17,410 nt of DNA, from the IMG/VR virus record IMGVR_UViG_2690316099_000011; one strand, written 5' to 3'. This stretch comes from a virus. Taxonomy: Duplodnaviria; Heunggongvirae; Uroviricota; Caudoviricetes. The notes beneath the pieces were generated by a model. That model had not been told where the DNA came from. It made no database searches and worked only from the letters and a program-made list of their open reading frames with translations. Of this stretch, positions 15,581-17,410 are shown in pieces. The position numbers and the translations under genes are program-made. Every line of letters begins with the position of its first letter. The first letter of the stretch is position 1.

Positions 15581-15893
15581 ATGGCAAAAAACCTGAAAGC
15601 CTCCCTGATTGTCGATTTACTCGGCAATATTTCCGCCAAATCCCGCCAGTGGTCACAGGAGCTGGGGGCGTTCTCCCGTTCCGGCAGGACAGGCCTGGGT
15701 GGTCTTGGAAATGCAGCCCGCCGGGCCGGTCAGGAAACAGAACTTGTCGGCTCCCGTATGCAGCGAACGCTTGCCGGTGTTCGTGGCAGCATCCGCACGG
15801 TAACGTCAGATTTTGACCGCCTGCAGGGCAGCATTACCGGCACCATCGGGCGGATAAGCAACCTTTACGGGATGCTGGCGGGAGGGGCTGCGG
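15581..15893 (+). CDS. Tape measure protein, N-terminal part (Mu gpN/gp42 position); continues into the N-run at 15894-17400
   Basis: ATG 15581; translation MAKNLKASLIVDLLGNISAKSRQWSQELGAFSRSGRTGLGGLGNAARRAGQ... is a typical tape-measure N-terminus; not in the ORF track because it runs into N. Confidence 0.6.
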
Positions 15894-17410
15894 NNNNNNN
15901 NNNNNNNNNNNNNNNNNNNNNNNNNNNNNNNNNNNNNNNNNNNNNNNNNNNNNNNNNNNNNNNNNNNNNNNNNNNNNNNNNNNNNNNNNNNNNNNNNNNN
16001 NNNNNNNNNNNNNNNNNNNNNNNNNNNNNNNNNNNNNNNNNNNNNNNNNNNNNNNNNNNNNNNNNNNNNNNNNNNNNNNNNNNNNNNNNNNNNNNNNNNN
16101 NNNNNNNNNNNNNNNNNNNNNNNNNNNNNNNNNNNNNNNNNNNNNNNNNNNNNNNNNNNNNNNNNNNNNNNNNNNNNNNNNNNNNNNNNNNNNNNNNNNN
16201 NNNNNNNNNNNNNNNNNNNNNNNNNNNNNNNNNNNNNNNNNNNNNNNNNNNNNNNNNNNNNNNNNNNNNNNNNNNNNNNNNNNNNNNNNNNNNNNNNNNN
16301 NNNNNNNNNNNNNNNNNNNNNNNNNNNNNNNNNNNNNNNNNNNNNNNNNNNNNNNNNNNNNNNNNNNNNNNNNNNNNNNNNNNNNNNNNNNNNNNNNNNN
16401 NNNNNNNNNNNNNNNNNNNNNNNNNNNNNNNNNNNNNNNNNNNNNNNNNNNNNNNNNNNNNNNNNNNNNNNNNNNNNNNNNNNNNNNNNNNNNNNNNNNN
16501 NNNNNNNNNNNNNNNNNNNNNNNNNNNNNNNNNNNNNNNNNNNNNNNNNNNNNNNNNNNNNNNNNNNNNNNNNNNNNNNNNNNNNNNNNNNNNNNNNNNN
16601 NNNNNNNNNNNNNNNNNNNNNNNNNNNNNNNNNNNNNNNNNNNNNNNNNNNNNNNNNNNNNNNNNNNNNNNNNNNNNNNNNNNNNNNNNNNNNNNNNNNN
16701 NNNNNNNNNNNNNNNNNNNNNNNNNNNNNNNNNNNNNNNNNNNNNNNNNNNNNNNNNNNNNNNNNNNNNNNNNNNNNNNNNNNNNNNNNNNNNNNNNNNN
16801 NNNNNNNNNNNNNNNNNNNNNNNNNNNNNNNNNNNNNNNNNNNNNNNNNNNNNNNNNNNNNNNNNNNNNNNNNNNNNNNNNNNNNNNNNNNNNNNNNNNN
16901 NNNNNNNNNNNNNNNNNNNNNNNNNNNNNNNNNNNNNNNNNNNNNNNNNNNNNNNNNNNNNNNNNNNNNNNNNNNNNNNNNNNNNNNNNNNNNNNNNNNN
17001 NNNNNNNNNNNNNNNNNNNNNNNNNNNNNNNNNNNNNNNNNNNNNNNNNNNNNNNNNNNNNNNNNNNNNNNNNNNNNNNNNNNNNNNNNNNNNNNNNNNN
17101 NNNNNNNNNNNNNNNNNNNNNNNNNNNNNNNNNNNNNNNNNNNNNNNNNNNNNNNNNNNNNNNNNNNNNNNNNNNNNNNNNNNNNNNNNNNNNNNNNNNN
17201 NNNNNNNNNNNNNNNNNNNNNNNNNNNNNNNNNNNNNNNNNNNNNNNNNNNNNNNNNNNNNNNNNNNNNNNNNNNNNNNNNNNNNNNNNNNNNNNNNNNN
17301 NNNNNNNNNNNNNNNNNNNNNNNNNNNNNNNNNNNNNNNNNNNNNNNNNNNNNNNNNNNNNNNNNNNNNNNNNNNNNNNNNNNNNNNNNNNNNNNNNNNN
17401 CGGGGTGTCA

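Larger units (their letters stand above)
1..17410 (+). mobile_element. Mu-like transposable prophage, middle/late (lysis, packaging, head, tail) region; both ends lie outside the window
   Basis: Gene order and protein families match the phage Mu late region (C-like activator, SAR lysozyme, gp27-like, terminase, portal, MuF, G, I, T, gp36, sheath, tube, tape measure), all on one strand with overlapping start/stop codons. Confidence 0.8.

Noticed and set aside
15609-15803. 64-aa alternate-frame ORF inside the start of the tape measure gene
   Set aside because: It overlaps the well-supported tape measure reading frame, which has a typical N-terminal sequence; no Shine-Dalgarno.
1-17410. CRISPR arrays, integrase/transposase genes or rRNA genes
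   Set aside because: No spacer-repeat periodicity, no recombinase-like ORF and no rRNA-like sequence are visible in the unmasked parts; Mu-type transposase genes would lie upstream of this window.

Overview
The window reads as the middle-to-late region of a Mu-like (Muvirus-type) transposable prophage from an enterobacterial host, with every supported gene on the + strand in one tightly packed, translationally coupled operon. In order: a Mor/C-family late activator, a lysis cassette (SAR endolysin, overlapped i-/o-spanin pair, TraR/DksA zinc-finger protein, membrane coiled-coil releasin-like protein), a small winged-helix-like protein, a gp27-like putative small terminase, terminase large subunit, portal, MuF-like head morphogenesis protein, G-like protein, protease/scaffold, major head subunit, gp35/gp36-like proteins, tail sheath, tail tube, tail chaperone and the start of the tape measure protein. 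Six runs of N (8113-8170, 8313-8569, 11767-11810, 11882-12875, 13886-14030, 15894-17400) interrupt genes and do not preserve reading frame, so gap lengths are unreliable and the gene content inside them is unknown. All identifications rest on reading the translated ORFs and recalled family features, not on database searches. I did not find a clearly novel multi-gene system; the most interesting signals are a conserved 28-nt motif upstream of both the endolysin and protease/scaffold genes (putative activator-dependent late promoters), an 82-aa gene that duplicates the C-terminus of the gp27-like protein, a +1-frame ORF overlapping the tail chaperone, a holin-less lysis cassette with an unannotated 34-aa membrane peptide, and a tRNA-like dyad element flanking a masked stretch between F and G.
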